Shown here piece by piece: positions 8,993 through 18,766 of a DNA stretch of 60,107 bases (position 1 is its first letter; each line of letters starts with the position of its first letter). Both the position numbers and the translations under genes were made by a program. This stretch comes from Patescibacteria group bacterium (lineage in GTDB: Bacteria > Patescibacteriota > Patescibacteriia > Magasanikbacterales > JBBTQS01), in the NCBI GenBank assembly GCA_038065555.1, contig JBBTQS010000003.1, positions 92,266 through 152,372 of the forward strand, in the 5' to 3' direction. The notes below the pieces were generated by a model that was given only the letters and a program-made list of their open reading frames with translations, did no database searches and was not told the DNA's origin.

Positions 8993-11674
8993 ATGGCCAA
9001 AACATCCCCCACAACTCCAGTATTTGTCATTATTGACGGTAACGCCATCATCCATCGCGCGTATCATGCGGTTCCACCATTGAGCACCAAGAGTGGCATG
9101 GCGGTGAATGCGGTGTATGGTTTTGCCAATATTATGTTGCGAGTGCTCAAGGAATTGCAGCCAACGCACATGGCAGTGACATTCGACCTTGCTGGGCCGA
9201 CATTTCGTGATGAACTCTCTTCGACCTACAAGGCGACACGTGTTGAGGCTGATCCGGAGCTCTATGCGCAGATCCCAGTGATCCATGAGTTGGTAGAAGC
9301 GCTTGCAATGCCGATTGTAACAAAGGCGGGGTTTGAGGCCGACGATTGTATTGGGACGTTGGTGGAACGGATCTCGCTCGCAGATGGAGATTTGCGAACG
9401 CTTATTGTGACGGGTGATATGGATACGCTGCAGTTGGTGACTGATCGCGTGAACGTGTACACGATGCGCAAGAGCATGAATGATACCGTGATCTTCGATA
9501 TTGAAGCAGTGGCAAAGCGATATCCAGGGCTCACACCGGCTCAGGTAATTGAGTACAAGGCGCTTGCGGGTGATCACAGTGACAACATTCCTGGTGTGCG
9601 CGGTATTGGTGAGAAGACAGCGATTGCTATTCTCCAGAAGTTCTCCAACCTCGAGGCGCTCTACGCAGCAGTAGATGCGAATGAGGATGGATTGCCAGCA
9701 GCGCAGCACAAGAAGTTGGTGGAGGGTCGTGAGAGCGCATTTTTGTCACGTCAGCTTGCAACGATTCGACGTGATGTTCCTATCGAAGTGTCGCTTGCAG
9801 ATTTTGTGCGTCGGCCGGTGGACGAGACGAAGTTGGTGGAGTTGTTGCAGCGGTGTGAATTCACATCGCTCATCGCACGCATTCCAGGACTTGCGGCGCG
9901 TATGCCAAGTGCGGGTAGCAAGGCTACTCGTCAGGGTGAGGTTGCGCCATCAGCTGTTATGACGCTTGCAACAGAAGAAGAAGTGAAGACGCTCATAGAG
10001 CGGCTCGCTGGTGAGCCTTGGGTGGTTCTGCGCACGCACGCAACAGGAGTCATAGCACTTGATGCAGAGTTGTATGGTGTCGGACTTGCGATTGCATCTG
10101 GTCAGTCGTGGTATCTCCCAACCACAATCAAGAACTGGCAGGATGTGTTGCGCATGGCTGTGCTCTATGTGGGTCATGATTGCAAACGCGACATCGGTAT
10201 TTTGCTGGCACGCGGGTTTGCAGTTCCTGGAAGAATATTTGATGTGATGGTTGGGTCGTATCTACTGCACTCGGAGAGCAATCACGAGTTGCAGTCTCTA
10301 GCGCTCAAATATTTGGGTGAGCGACTCGAGGAAGAGACGCAGGGGCAGCTCTTTGGCAAGGATCAGACGGTGTTGATGCAGGAGGTTTCTGTTATTGCTC
10401 GTGTGGCTGCAGCAATTCGCACAGAACTCGACGAAACAAAACAGTGGAAGTTGTATGAGCGTATTGAGGAACCGCTCTTGTGCGTGCTTGCACGTATGGA
10501 GCTCGCGGGTATTGCGATCGATGTGCCACTCTTGAAACAACTCGCTGTAGAAACAGACGCTGCAATTGCTACGTGCACAGCAACAATTCACCAGGCAGCG
10601 GGTAAGGAGTTCAATGTAAGTTCCAACAACCAGTTGCGTGATGTTCTGTTCGATACATTGCAGTTGCCAACGTACGCAATCAAGAAAGGAAAGACTGGAT
10701 ATTCCACCGCAGCATCTGAGCTCGAGAAATTGCGTGGGTTGCATCCCATCATCGAGTCGATTGAATCATATCGTGAGTTAACGAAGCTCAAGACAACATA
10801 CATTGATGTGTTGCCTACACTCACCCACCCACGCGATCATCGCATTCACACAACGTTCAATCAGACCGTCGCTGCTACTGGTCGCCTCTCGTCTACTGAT
10901 CCGAATGTGCAGAACATTCCTATTCGCACCGAGGCTGGCAAGCGTGTGCGCAACGCATTCATTGCAGAACCGGGTAACGTCCTTGTTGCAGCCGACTACT
11001 CACAAATTGAGTTGCGCATCGTTGCTTCCCTTGCTGAGGATCCAGAAATGATTCGCATCTTTGAGGCAGGTGAAGACATTCACCGTTCGACTGCTGCACG
11101 TATTCATGGCGTCGAGTTGAGTGAAGTAACGCATGAGATGCGTCGCAGCGCAAAAGAAATTAACTTCGGCGTGCTGTACGGCATGGGAGCATTTGGGCTC
11201 GCATCTCGTACAGGTATTACGCAGCACGAGGCCCAGGATTTCATCAATCGATACTTCGAAGTATTTGCTGGAGTGCGTAAGTATCTGGATGATACGATTG
11301 CGACTGCGAAGCGCGAGGGGTATGTGGAGACGGCATTTGGCCGCCGCCGCTATATGCCAGAGATGAACTCAGGTAATTACCAGATTCGCGCTTCTGCAGA
11401 GCGAATGGCAGTGAATCATCCGGTGCAAGGGACTGCAGCAGACCTCATGAAGCTCGCGATGATTGAGGTAGACAAGTGTATTCAGAATGATCCGAAGACG
11501 AAGGCTCGTATGCTCCTGCAAGTACACGACGAATTGATTCTCGAGGTTCCGGAGGCAGAAGTTGTAGATTGGGAATCTCGCGTGAAGGTGGCGATGGAAG
11601 GAGTGATGACATTGCGAGTTCCAGTGCTCGTTGAAGTTGGTCACGGACATTCTTGGGGCGAAACAAAGGCGTAA
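8993..11674 (+). CDS. polA: DNA polymerase I
   Basis: 5'-3' exonuclease N-domain (VFVIIDGNAIIHRAYHA); polymerase motifs DYSQIELRI (A), RRSAKEINFGVLYG (B) and QVHDEL (C). A GTG at 8972 is an alternative start. Confidence 0.95.
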   Translation: MAKTSPTTPVFVIIDGNAIIHRAYHAVPPLSTKSGMAVNAVYGFANIMLRVLKELQPTHMAVTFDLAGPTFRDELSSTYKATRVEADPELYAQIPVIHELVEALAMPIVTKAGFEADDCIGTLVERISLADGDLRTLIVTGDMDTLQLVTDRVNVYTMRKSMNDTVIFDIEAVAKRYPGLTPAQVIEYKALAGDHSDNIPGVRGIGEKTAIAILQKFSNLEALYAAVDANEDGLPAAQHKKLVEGRESAFLSRQLATIRRDVPIEVSLADFVRRPVDETKLVELLQRCEFTSLIARIPGLAARMPSAGSKATRQGEVAPSAVMTLATEEEVKTLIERLAGEPWVVLRTHATGVIALDAELYGVGLAIASGQSWYLPTTIKNWQDVLRMAVLYVGHDCKRDIGILLARGFAVPGRIFDVMVGSYLLHSESNHELQSLALKYLGERLEEETQGQLFGKDQTVLMQEVSVIARVAAAIRTELDETKQWKLYERIEEPLLCVLARMELAGIAIDVPLLKQLAVETDAAIATCTATIHQAAGKEFNVSSNNQLRDVLFDTLQLPTYAIKKGKTGYSTAASELEKLRGLHPIIESIESYRELTKLKTTYIDVLPTLTHPRDHRIHTTFNQTVAATGRLSSTDPNVQNIPIRTEAGKRVRNAFIAEPGNVLVAADYSQIELRIVASLAEDPEMIRIFEAGEDIHRSTAARIHGVELSEVTHEMRRSAKEINFGVLYGMGAFGLASRTGITQHEAQDFINRYFEVFAGVRKYLDDTIATAKREGYVETAFGRRRYMPEMNSGNYQIRASAERMAVNHPVQGTAADLMKLAMIEVDKCIQNDPKTKARMLLQVHDELILEVPEAEVVDWESRVKVAMEGVMTLRVPVLVEVGHGHSWGETKA

Positions 11675-11688
11675 TAACTGATTGGGGT

Positions 11689-12636
11689 ATGGTGATTTTC
11701 TTGTACGGTCCAGACACAGTGCGATTGCGCGAACATTTGCACAAACTCACAACTCGATTCATTGAAGAACGAGATCCGTCGGGGATGAATGTCACGACAC
11801 TCGATGCAACCAGTGCATCTGCATCAGAGCTCATGGAGGTGATGATGGCAGTACCGTTTCTCGCATCGAGACGCATGGTTATTGTGCGTGGTGTGTGTGA
11901 TGCGGAGGACGATATTCAAGAATGGATTACAGGGAGATTGGAGCGGTTCCGCACAGACGACGACGTGGTGATTTTCGTGCACGGGGACAAATTGGATGCG
12001 AAGAATGCGCTTGCGAAGTTGCTTGCGAAGGAGCAATACGCTATTGCGTTTGCAACACCTGAGGGTGATGCATTGCATTCGTGGATTGTTCGTCGTGTTA
12101 CAGAGCTTGGCGGCACGATTGCAGTGGATGCAGTGGCGCATCTTGCGAGTGCCCTTCCTGATGACATGCCGATGTTGGGTAATCGTTTGCATCAGCTTGC
12201 ACTTGCTGCAGATGGAGCGATGATTACGCGTGAAGATGCGGTCGCACTGGTGCCAGAGCCTGCTGGAGATGTGGTATTTGCCCTCATGGACGCAGTGGTG
12301 AAGCGTGATCATGCGACGGCGTTGCAACTCCTCGAGCAGCAGTGGCAATTCCGTGGAGATGCACAGCAGTTGTTCGGTATGCTTGTACGACAATTTCGTA
12401 TCATGGCGGATTTGATTTCCTATACCGAAGCAAATCCGGATGCGAAGGAGTCAGATATTGCCAAGTCGCTCTCCCTACACCCGTATGTGGTCAAAAAAAC
12501 ACGCAGTCTGATGCGTGGTATCACGCGCGACTCCATCGCGCGTTCTGTTGATGCACTCCTCACGATTGATGAGAAAATAAAACGAGGAGCTGGGCAAATG
12601 CCCGAACTCCTCGCTGTATTTATTCGTGAACAGTAA
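11689..12636 (+). CDS. holA: DNA polymerase III delta subunit
   Basis: 315 aa starting MVIFLYGPDTVRL.... The size and N-terminal pattern are typical of HolA, and it follows polA. Confidence 0.75.
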   Translation: MVIFLYGPDTVRLREHLHKLTTRFIEERDPSGMNVTTLDATSASASELMEVMMAVPFLASRRMVIVRGVCDAEDDIQEWITGRLERFRTDDDVVIFVHGDKLDAKNALAKLLAKEQYAIAFATPEGDALHSWIVRRVTELGGTIAVDAVAHLASALPDDMPMLGNRLHQLALAADGAMITREDAVALVPEPAGDVVFALMDAVVKRDHATALQLLEQQWQFRGDAQQLFGMLVRQFRIMADLISYTEANPDAKESDIAKSLSLHPYVVKKTRSLMRGITRDSIARSVDALLTIDEKIKRGAGQMPELLAVFIREQ

Positions 12637-12642
12637 CTCGCG

Positions 12643-12909
12643 TTACTTCTTGAGTGCGTTCACCTTTTTCATTACTGATGCTTTGCGGCGATCAGCGGTG
12701 TTGCGCTTGAGGACTTCCTTCTTCACTGCCTTGTCAGCGAGCTGCTGAACCTGGAGTGCAGATGCAAGTGCTTTGTCCTTGTCGCCAGCTTCTACTGCCT
12801 TGATCGTCTGCTTGATCAAGAACTTCAAGTTGCGCTTGAGGGTCTCATTGGACTCTGCGCGCTTCTTGCTCTGGCGCAATGCTTTGATGGCTGCTGCTTT
12901 GTTTGGCAT
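12643..12909 (-). CDS. rpsT: 30S ribosomal protein S20
   Basis: MPNKAAAIKALRQSKKRAESN.... The internal ATG at 12907..12909 is preferred over the TTG track start. Confidence 0.9.
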   Translation of the reverse strand: MPNKAAAIKALRQSKKRAESNETLKRNLKFLIKQTIKAVEAGDKDKALASALQVQQLADKAVKKEVLKRNTADRRKASVMKKVNALKK

Positions 12910-12954
12910 ATGTTCTCTTTGATGGGAGGAATATAGCAATTACTTGAGAAAAGG

Positions 12955-14064
12955 TCAAATCCCCGGCTCTACCGGATCAATAGCTGCGACTGCTTCGAGC
13001 ACTTCCGCGTCCTTTTGCACAGAAAGCTCTAGTTTTGCGCCAAATTTGTCGAGGCGCTTCTCAGACTCTGCATAGGTCTTTTGGGCATGGGCTAGGTGGG
13101 CGCCAAGAACGCGGTATTGATCGGAGAATTTGTCGAATTCGCCGCGCAGGCGTGTGAGATTCTTGAAGATCTCTTTGGCGCTGGATTCGATTTGCATTCC
13201 CTTGAGGCCCAGGAGAACGGTCTGGAGGTAGGAGTAGAAGGAATTGGGCGATACTGGAATTACACGACGTGTGAGCGCGTAGCCCATGACTCCCTCGCCC
13301 TCGTCGTCCTTGATAATGAGCTCGTAGTAGACGTTCTCTGCTGGGATATACATGAGTGCAAAGTCGAGTGTTCCCTCATCTGGGACAATATATTTGTCTG
13401 CAATTGCATCAATATGCTTCTTCACATCGCGGACAAATACTTTGCGGTGCTCGCGTTGTTCCTCGGGAGGGGCCTCGATAACTCGTTTGAAGTTTTCGAG
13501 CGGGAATTTGGCATCTACTGGGATGAGAATGCCATCACGCAGGCGAATAATGGCGTCGACCTTTTCATTATTCTTGAAGGTGTGCTGCAGTGTGAAGTGG
13601 TTTGCGGGTAGAATTTGCGCAAGGAGGTCGCCAAGGAAGAGTTCGCCGAGAGCTCCACGTAATTTGGGAGAACGAAGGATTTCTTGAAGGGAGGAAATAT
13701 CTTTTCCTACGTCAAAAATTCGCTTATTTGACTCTTCAAGCTGCGAAAGCTTTGCGTTCACTGAGGCGTAGACACGTGAGGCATTGTCCATGCGCTCGCC
13801 TACGCTGCGAGTGGATTCTTGCATGAAATGTGCGTTCTCCTTGAGCCGCTCATTGATCTGTGATGTGACAGCATTGAGCTGGTTGTAGAACTGGGTGCGC
13901 TGTTCGGTGATGGCTTGCGACAGATGCAGGAGGTTCTCTTGCAGACGCAATGTGGTGTCATCGTTCTTGGGCTCTGACAGGATTTGTACTTTGTGCAAAA
14001 CAACGTATAGTAAGATCGCGATAAGAACAGCAAAGACGACAAAAATGATTGTAGTTGGTTCCAT
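12955..14064 (-). CDS. rmuC: DNA recombination protein RmuC
   Basis: N-terminal TM helix, a coiled-coil region, and the C-terminal core ...IPVDAKFPLENF...VRDVKKHID...LDFALMYIPAE. Start taken at MEPTT (ATG 14062..14064). Confidence 0.85.
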   Translation of the reverse strand: MEPTTIIFVVFAVLIAILLYVVLHKVQILSEPKNDDTTLRLQENLLHLSQAITEQRTQFYNQLNAVTSQINERLKENAHFMQESTRSVGERMDNASRVYASVNAKLSQLEESNKRIFDVGKDISSLQEILRSPKLRGALGELFLGDLLAQILPANHFTLQHTFKNNEKVDAIIRLRDGILIPVDAKFPLENFKRVIEAPPEEQREHRKVFVRDVKKHIDAIADKYIVPDEGTLDFALMYIPAENVYYELIIKDDEGEGVMGYALTRRVIPVSPNSFYSYLQTVLLGLKGMQIESSAKEIFKNLTRLRGEFDKFSDQYRVLGAHLAHAQKTYAESEKRLDKFGAKLELSVQKDAEVLEAVAAIDPVEPGI

Positions 14065-14120
14065 ACTCCTTGGGTTACATACATTATATAAGGAATAGTG
14101 GGTAAGGGCCAATATGCACA

Positions 14121-14192
14121 GCCCTTGTAGTTCAACGGATAGAACAGGTCCGTCCTAAGGACAAAATGGTGGTTCAATTCCTCCCGAGGGCA
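14121..14192 (+). tRNA. tRNA-Arg (CCT), no encoded CCA
   Basis: GCCCTTG / GTTC-AACGGATA-GAAC / anticodon loop GTCCTAA / T-loop TTCAATT / CGAGGGC-A. There is one mismatch each in the anticodon and T stems. Confidence 0.75.
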
Positions 14193-14252
14193 CATATTCT
14201 GAGATTTGTATCTGTAATTAGATACTTTTAAGTGACGTACAATATATTAGTT

Positions 14253-14316
14253 TGTGCACAAGGCCTGTGTATAAACTGTGCGTAACTTGAGGAAAACGTG
14301 TGGAGACTGTGGAAAA
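14253..14316 (+). promoter_or_regulatory. Cluster of same-orientation DnaA-box-like 9-mers (TGTGnnnAA type)
   Basis: TGTGCACAA 14253, TGTGTATAA 14266, TGTGCGTAA 14277, TGTGGAGAC 14299 and TGTGGAAAA 14308, plus TGTGGATGA at 14524. They lie in a 536-bp noncoding gap. Confidence 0.3.
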
Positions 14317-14435
14317 CTCTAGAATTTCCGTAGTTCATTGCCACAATGTTTTTTCCTTGGATTGCGTGGTCTGTAGCATGCGCAGCAGGCATTGGTGGTG
14401 TTGAGTGCTGGGTGTGCTGTTTCCGTGCTGTGTTG

Positions 14436-14522
14436 GATGTTTCATGTGAAACATCTGTACTCGAAAAACTCAAACCCAGGATTCGTTGTCTTCATGAACT
14501 GAGCACATGTTTCACATGAAAC
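14436..14522. promoter_or_regulatory. Two copies of an ATGTTTCAyrTGAAAC palindrome (operator-like)
   Basis: GATGTTTCATGTGAAACATC (14436..14455) and ATGTTTCACATGAAAC (14507..14522), 70 bp centre to centre, upstream of the gene starting at 14729. Confidence 0.35.
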
Positions 14523-14728
14523 CTGTGGATGAACTGTTGAAAAGTAGCTACTTTCCACGAGTGCTTGTGAATAAGTCTTTATTTTTTACGTCGTAAAACA
14601 CGTTTTAACTTGCTAATGGTGGTTTTCAGGAGTATAGTTAGTACTATATAAGGTCTGTGTTGAGAACGTCGGATCCTGTTGGCGATAGTGTGGTAATTCA
14701 CTGTCATTGGCTGTTAACTTCACGCAGT

Positions 14729-15403
14729 ATGAAAAATTTGGGTATTGTAGCAATTGTATTTACAGTAATTGTGGCTGTAATTACTGCTGTATATGTGTCG
14801 TACAATAGTGTTGGTACGCAGCAGACACTTCCCATCACACCAGGGGTGACAACAACTACACCGGATACCAATCGAACTGTCATTGTTATTCCTGAAGAAA
14901 ACATTACCGTGCGCGAGCAGCGCGACATTGTTGCCTACACTGATGCAGCTGTCGCAGAACTGCGTGACAAGAAGTTTGCCGCCTTTGCGAGCCGAATTCA
15001 CCCAACAAAAGGAATTTTGGTAGAGCCTTACCAGTATGTGAGTACAAGTACTGGTGTGCATTTCGCACAAAGTAAGAATTTTGTTGCACAAATGGCAAGT
15101 ACTTCGACCAGATTGTGGGGTCATGCTGATGGACTTGGATCACCGATTGCGATGAGTTTTTCGAAGTTCTACAGTGAATGGCTCTTTGATCATGACTATC
15201 TCGAGGCGCCGACCGTTCGTGTGTTTCGTTCCTATTCGAATATTCCAGAGGTTTTTCCTGATGCGCATGTAGTTCTCTACGAGTATCCAGGCTTTGATCA
15301 AGAACTAGGTGGTATGGATTGGTCTGGACTTGTGCTAGGCATTGAAGAATACGAAGGCGAATGGTATGTTGTGGTTCTCGCACACGCACAGTGGATGATT
15401 TAA
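14729..15403 (+). CDS. Hypothetical membrane-anchored protein
   Basis: 224 aa. An N-terminal TM helix (LGIVAIVFTVIVAVITAVYV) is followed by a Thr-rich linker; no family recognised. Confidence 0.6.
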   Translation: MKNLGIVAIVFTVIVAVITAVYVSYNSVGTQQTLPITPGVTTTTPDTNRTVIVIPEENITVREQRDIVAYTDAAVAELRDKKFAAFASRIHPTKGILVEPYQYVSTSTGVHFAQSKNFVAQMASTSTRLWGHADGLGSPIAMSFSKFYSEWLFDHDYLEAPTVRVFRSYSNIPEVFPDAHVVLYEYPGFDQELGGMDWSGLVLGIEEYEGEWYVVVLAHAQWMI

Positions 15404-15417
15404 TTCGCACACACGCT

Positions 15418-16494
15418 ATGTCTCTCAAAATTGGAATCGTTGGACTACCAAATGTTGGTAAATCTACACTCTTTAATGCGCTGACTCGTAGCAAGCAAGC
15501 AGAGGCTGCTAACTATCCATTCTGCACCATCGAGCCAAACGTTGGTATTGTTGAGGTTCCTGACACTCGTCTTGCTGATCTCTCTCGTGTCTCTACGTCA
15601 GCAAAGACTATTCCAACAGTTATTGAATTCGTAGATATCGCGGGCTTGGTGAAGGGCGCATCAACGGGCGAAGGACTTGGTAACAAATTTCTTGCGCACA
15701 TTCGAGAGTGTGATGCTATTGCACAGGTGGTGCGTGTTTTTTCGGACAAGAATGTCGTGCATGTGCATGATTCAGTAGATGCGCAGCGTGATTTTGAAAT
15801 TGTCAGTCTTGAGCTCGCTCTTGCAGATCTCGATACCGTTACCAAGCAACTCGATCGATTTAGCAAGGAAGCGCGTGCAGGCAAAACACCAGCACTTGAG
15901 AAGAAGATTGCGTTGCTTCAGCGGTTGCATGATGCGTTGACCGCGGGTAATGCTGCACGAACTGTTGAATTGCGTGACGAAGAAGAACGGGTGATTTCGC
16001 GAGATTTGCACTTGCTCACGAGTAAGCCGATGATGATTATCGAGAATATTGATGAGTACGACACGCCAACGCCAGTAGGAACGTACGCTGGGCTGTCTGT
16101 GGTGCAGGTTTGCGCGCGACTCGAGGCAGAGTTCGCAGACATGTCTCGTGACGAAGCGACACAGTATCTCGAAACACTCGGCAAGCACGAAACAGGTTTG
16201 GATCGTCTTATTACTGCAGGCTATACGTTGCTCGAGCTCGTGACGTATTTCACATCAGGAGAACAGGAGACTCGTGCATGGACAGTAACGCGTGGAACAA
16301 AGGCTCCGCAGGCAGCAGCTGTCATTCATACTGACTTTGAAAAAGGATTTATTCGTGCAGAAGTAGTTGATTGTCCAAGCTTTGTTGAGCTTGCAGGATG
16401 GTCTGGTGCAAAAAATAGTGGTAAAATGCGTGTTGAAGGAAAGGACTATGTAGTTCAGGACGGCGACGTCTGTTATTTCCGGATTGCGAGTTAG
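15418..16494 (+). CDS. ychF: Redox-regulated ATPase YchF
   Basis: MSLKIGIVGLPNVGKSTLFNALT (G1), coiled-coil insert, and C-terminal TGS-like ...VQDGDVCYFR. Confidence 0.95.
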   Translation: MSLKIGIVGLPNVGKSTLFNALTRSKQAEAANYPFCTIEPNVGIVEVPDTRLADLSRVSTSAKTIPTVIEFVDIAGLVKGASTGEGLGNKFLAHIRECDAIAQVVRVFSDKNVVHVHDSVDAQRDFEIVSLELALADLDTVTKQLDRFSKEARAGKTPALEKKIALLQRLHDALTAGNAARTVELRDEEERVISRDLHLLTSKPMMIIENIDEYDTPTPVGTYAGLSVVQVCARLEAEFADMSRDEATQYLETLGKHETGLDRLITAGYTLLELVTYFTSGEQETRAWTVTRGTKAPQAAAVIHTDFEKGFIRAEVVDCPSFVELAGWSGAKNSGKMRVEGKDYVVQDGDVCYFRIAS

Positions 16495-16495
16495 A

Positions 16496-17212
16496 ATGGA
16501 GATCACACATCATCAAGAAGGGAATTCCAATGCCTGGACAGATACACTGCGTGAGGCGGTATTTGGTTTGGAAGATGGAATTGTTTCTACACTTGGTGCG
16601 CTTGTTGGTATTGCCATTGGTACGCAGGATCGATTTGTTGTTGCGCTCTCAGGACTTGTTATCATTGCAGTAGAGTCGTTGTCCATGGCGGCAGGATCGT
16701 ATCTCTCATCGAAGTCAGAACGCGAAGTAACCGAACGATATCTCGAGGAGGAGCGCTGGGAAATCGAGCACGAGCCTGAGCGCGAGCGTCAGGAACTCTA
16801 TGGATATTACGCAGCAAGAGGATTCACACGCACAGAAGCTGATATTCTCGTACGTCGTGTGACGAGTGATCCGAAGTTGTGGCTCGAAGAAATGGCGCAC
16901 CATGAGCTCAAAATCATTCCAGGAGAAGCGACAAACCCACGCCGTAATGCGTGGGTGATGGGGCTCAGCTATATTGTAGGTGGCTCGATTCCACTTGCAA
17001 GCTATCTCGCTCTCCCTATTGCGCAAGCAATTCCACTCTCTATTAGCTTGAGTGTGGTTGGATTGTTTGCAATGGGTGCGCTCATCACACGACTTACCAA
17101 ACGTATTTGGTGGAAGAGTGGTTTAGAAATGGTCGTCGTATCTGTGAGCGCAGCGGGAATCGGCTACATTATCGGCTCAGTCGCACAATTTCTCTTCCCA
17201 CAGCTGCAGTAG
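16496..17212 (+). CDS. VIT1/CCC1 family iron/manganese transporter
   Basis: EAVFGLEDGIVSTLGALVGIA..., an acidic cytosolic helix region and a C-terminal TM bundle. Confidence 0.8.
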   Translation: MEITHHQEGNSNAWTDTLREAVFGLEDGIVSTLGALVGIAIGTQDRFVVALSGLVIIAVESLSMAAGSYLSSKSEREVTERYLEEERWEIEHEPERERQELYGYYAARGFTRTEADILVRRVTSDPKLWLEEMAHHELKIIPGEATNPRRNAWVMGLSYIVGGSIPLASYLALPIAQAIPLSISLSVVGLFAMGALITRLTKRIWWKSGLEMVVVSVSAAGIGYIIGSVAQFLFPQLQ

Positions 17213-18305
17213 GACGAGCGTAGAAGAGGTCAGTACCTACACGAGGTGCTGCTTTTTTGTATTGTGTGCCTTTGATCCACTCATCGGAGATGCGGAACCA
17301 TTCTGTGCCTGACCAGAACATAGGAATCGCAAGGACAATGGTCTTTGGTGCTTGCTTCATGGCACCCAATGCAACAACGGCCTCGTGGAGCAACGCCTGA
17401 ATTTCCTTCTGAATCGTTCGGACTGCTGATTCTGAGTTGGGGAGGCGTGCGGGACCAAGATACGTCTCTGCTACGACTGCGTCTGCGCCAGTGATTGGGA
17501 ATGTGCGACGTGCATCGTGCTGGAAAATAATAGGCTTCGCTGTTGCATCTGCCCACGCAGTATTCTTCTTGCTGTCTGCAACTGCTTTGGCGCTGATATC
17601 AGAGCCATATACGGTGCGTACTCCCATAGTGAGTGCCTCGGACAACACCGTTCCAGAGCCACAAAATGGATCGAGTACACTGGTTGTGTCCTGTACTCCT
17701 GCAATATTGAGCATCATGCGTGCTAATTTTGGTGGCAACATCCCTGAATGTGCGTCGCGTGCTGGTCGGCCATAGTCTCTCTCACTCCAACTCTCGAAAT
17801 CCTGAACAGATTTGCTCAGTCCTACGTGTACTGCATCTCCCGCAAACACCAACGAGAGGTCTAGGCCATCATCAACAAGCTTGTTGTGATGAATTTGTGC
17901 AGAAGAGAGCACGCCAGCGTCGCCAGTAATGATTCGAATCGAAAAGCCGCGGCCCGTGAGCTCGCGCTTGAGGTCCATTGCGAGTGACTCGTGAATGTCT
18001 TGAGATGCAGAGCCAAAAATACTCACACCGATGTTATTCTTGCCTGCTGAAAGACGTGGAACAATGATCTCAGCAATGGCAGAGACGTCGGACGATGTTT
18101 CACCGATGATTTCGCCAGCCTTGATCGTGCCGCCAAGAAGTGATTGTAGAGATGCAATACTCAGAGGGCTCTTGCACTGCGCGATAGCAACACCACCCAC
18201 GACGTGCAGTGATTCGAGGCTTTGTGATCGTGCGGCGAAGACTGCTAGGAGTTCTTCGTGGGCAAGAGGTTCGTGTGATCCGAGTTGGAAGAAGTATGTG
18301 GCCAT
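17169..18305 (-). CDS. Class I SAM-dependent RNA methyltransferase (Trm11/RlmL-like, UPF0020)
   Basis: SAM motif I VLDPFCGSGTVLSEA, with an N-terminal THUMP-like region. Confidence 0.7.
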   Translation of the reverse strand: MATYFFQLGSHEPLAHEELLAVFAARSQSLESLHVVGGVAIAQCKSPLSIASLQSLLGGTIKAGEIIGETSSDVSAIAEIIVPRLSAGKNNIGVSIFGSASQDIHESLAMDLKRELTGRGFSIRIITGDAGVLSSAQIHHNKLVDDGLDLSLVFAGDAVHVGLSKSVQDFESWSERDYGRPARDAHSGMLPPKLARMMLNIAGVQDTTSVLDPFCGSGTVLSEALTMGVRTVYGSDISAKAVADSKKNTAWADATAKPIIFQHDARRTFPITGADAVVAETYLGPARLPNSESAVRTIQKEIQALLHEAVVALGAMKQAPKTIVLAIPMFWSGTEWFRISDEWIKGTQYKKAAPRVGTDLFYARPTAAVGREIVRLSR

Positions 18306-18766
18306 AGGAGTAGCATCAGTATACCAGCAATGATGAGGAAGTCGGCAATATTTGCCACAATTCCGCCAATACGCAGGTAGTCGATCGTTGCATCGAATCT
18401 GATGCGATCAATGAGATTGCTCGCGCCGCCCCAGAGAATCCAGGAGAGTGCAACGGTTTGCACAGCGCTTCTACGCCCCCGTGTTAGCACGAGTAGAGCA
18501 GTAGCTGCGAAGAATACCACACTGGTGAGCACAAGCAAGAGCCAAGAAGGCACCGGAATCCAAATAAAAAGGCGAGTATTGTGTAGTGGTTCGATTCCCA
18601 CCGCCCCTACTAAGTGGGAGAGTGAGCTCTCAGCACGCATTACTTGCGACTTACACCACTGATCTACAACAAAAAACACGGGCGCAAGTACCAAAAGCGC
18701 ACGTGTCCACCATGAGTGAGTCGATCGAGAGGCGATTATGCTTCCTGGGTGATCGTCTTTTTGCAT
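18245..18766 (-). CDS. lspA: Lipoprotein signal peptidase (signal peptidase II)
   Basis: Multi-TM protein; ...WGGASNLIDRIRFDATIDYL...VANIADFLI matches LspA motifs. Its 3' end overlaps the next gene by 61 nt. Confidence 0.8.
   Translation of the reverse strand: MQKDDHPGSIIASRSTHSWWTRALLVLAPVFFVVDQWCKSQVMRAESSLSHLVGAVGIEPLHNTRLFIWIPVPSWLLLVLTSVVFFAATALLVLTRGRRSAVQTVALSWILWGGASNLIDRIRFDATIDYLRIGGIVANIADFLIIAGILMLLLWPHTSSNSDHTNLLPTKNS

Noticed and set aside
8957-9709. 250-aa minus-strand ORF at the start of polA
   Set aside because: It is antisense to the polA 5'-3' exonuclease domain and has a Cys/His/Arg-rich composition.
14228-14473. 81-aa minus-strand ORF in the tRNA-Arg downstream gap
   Set aside because: It has a His/Ser/Thr-rich improbable sequence, no RBS, and spans the motif cluster and a palindrome. 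It is treated as noncoding.
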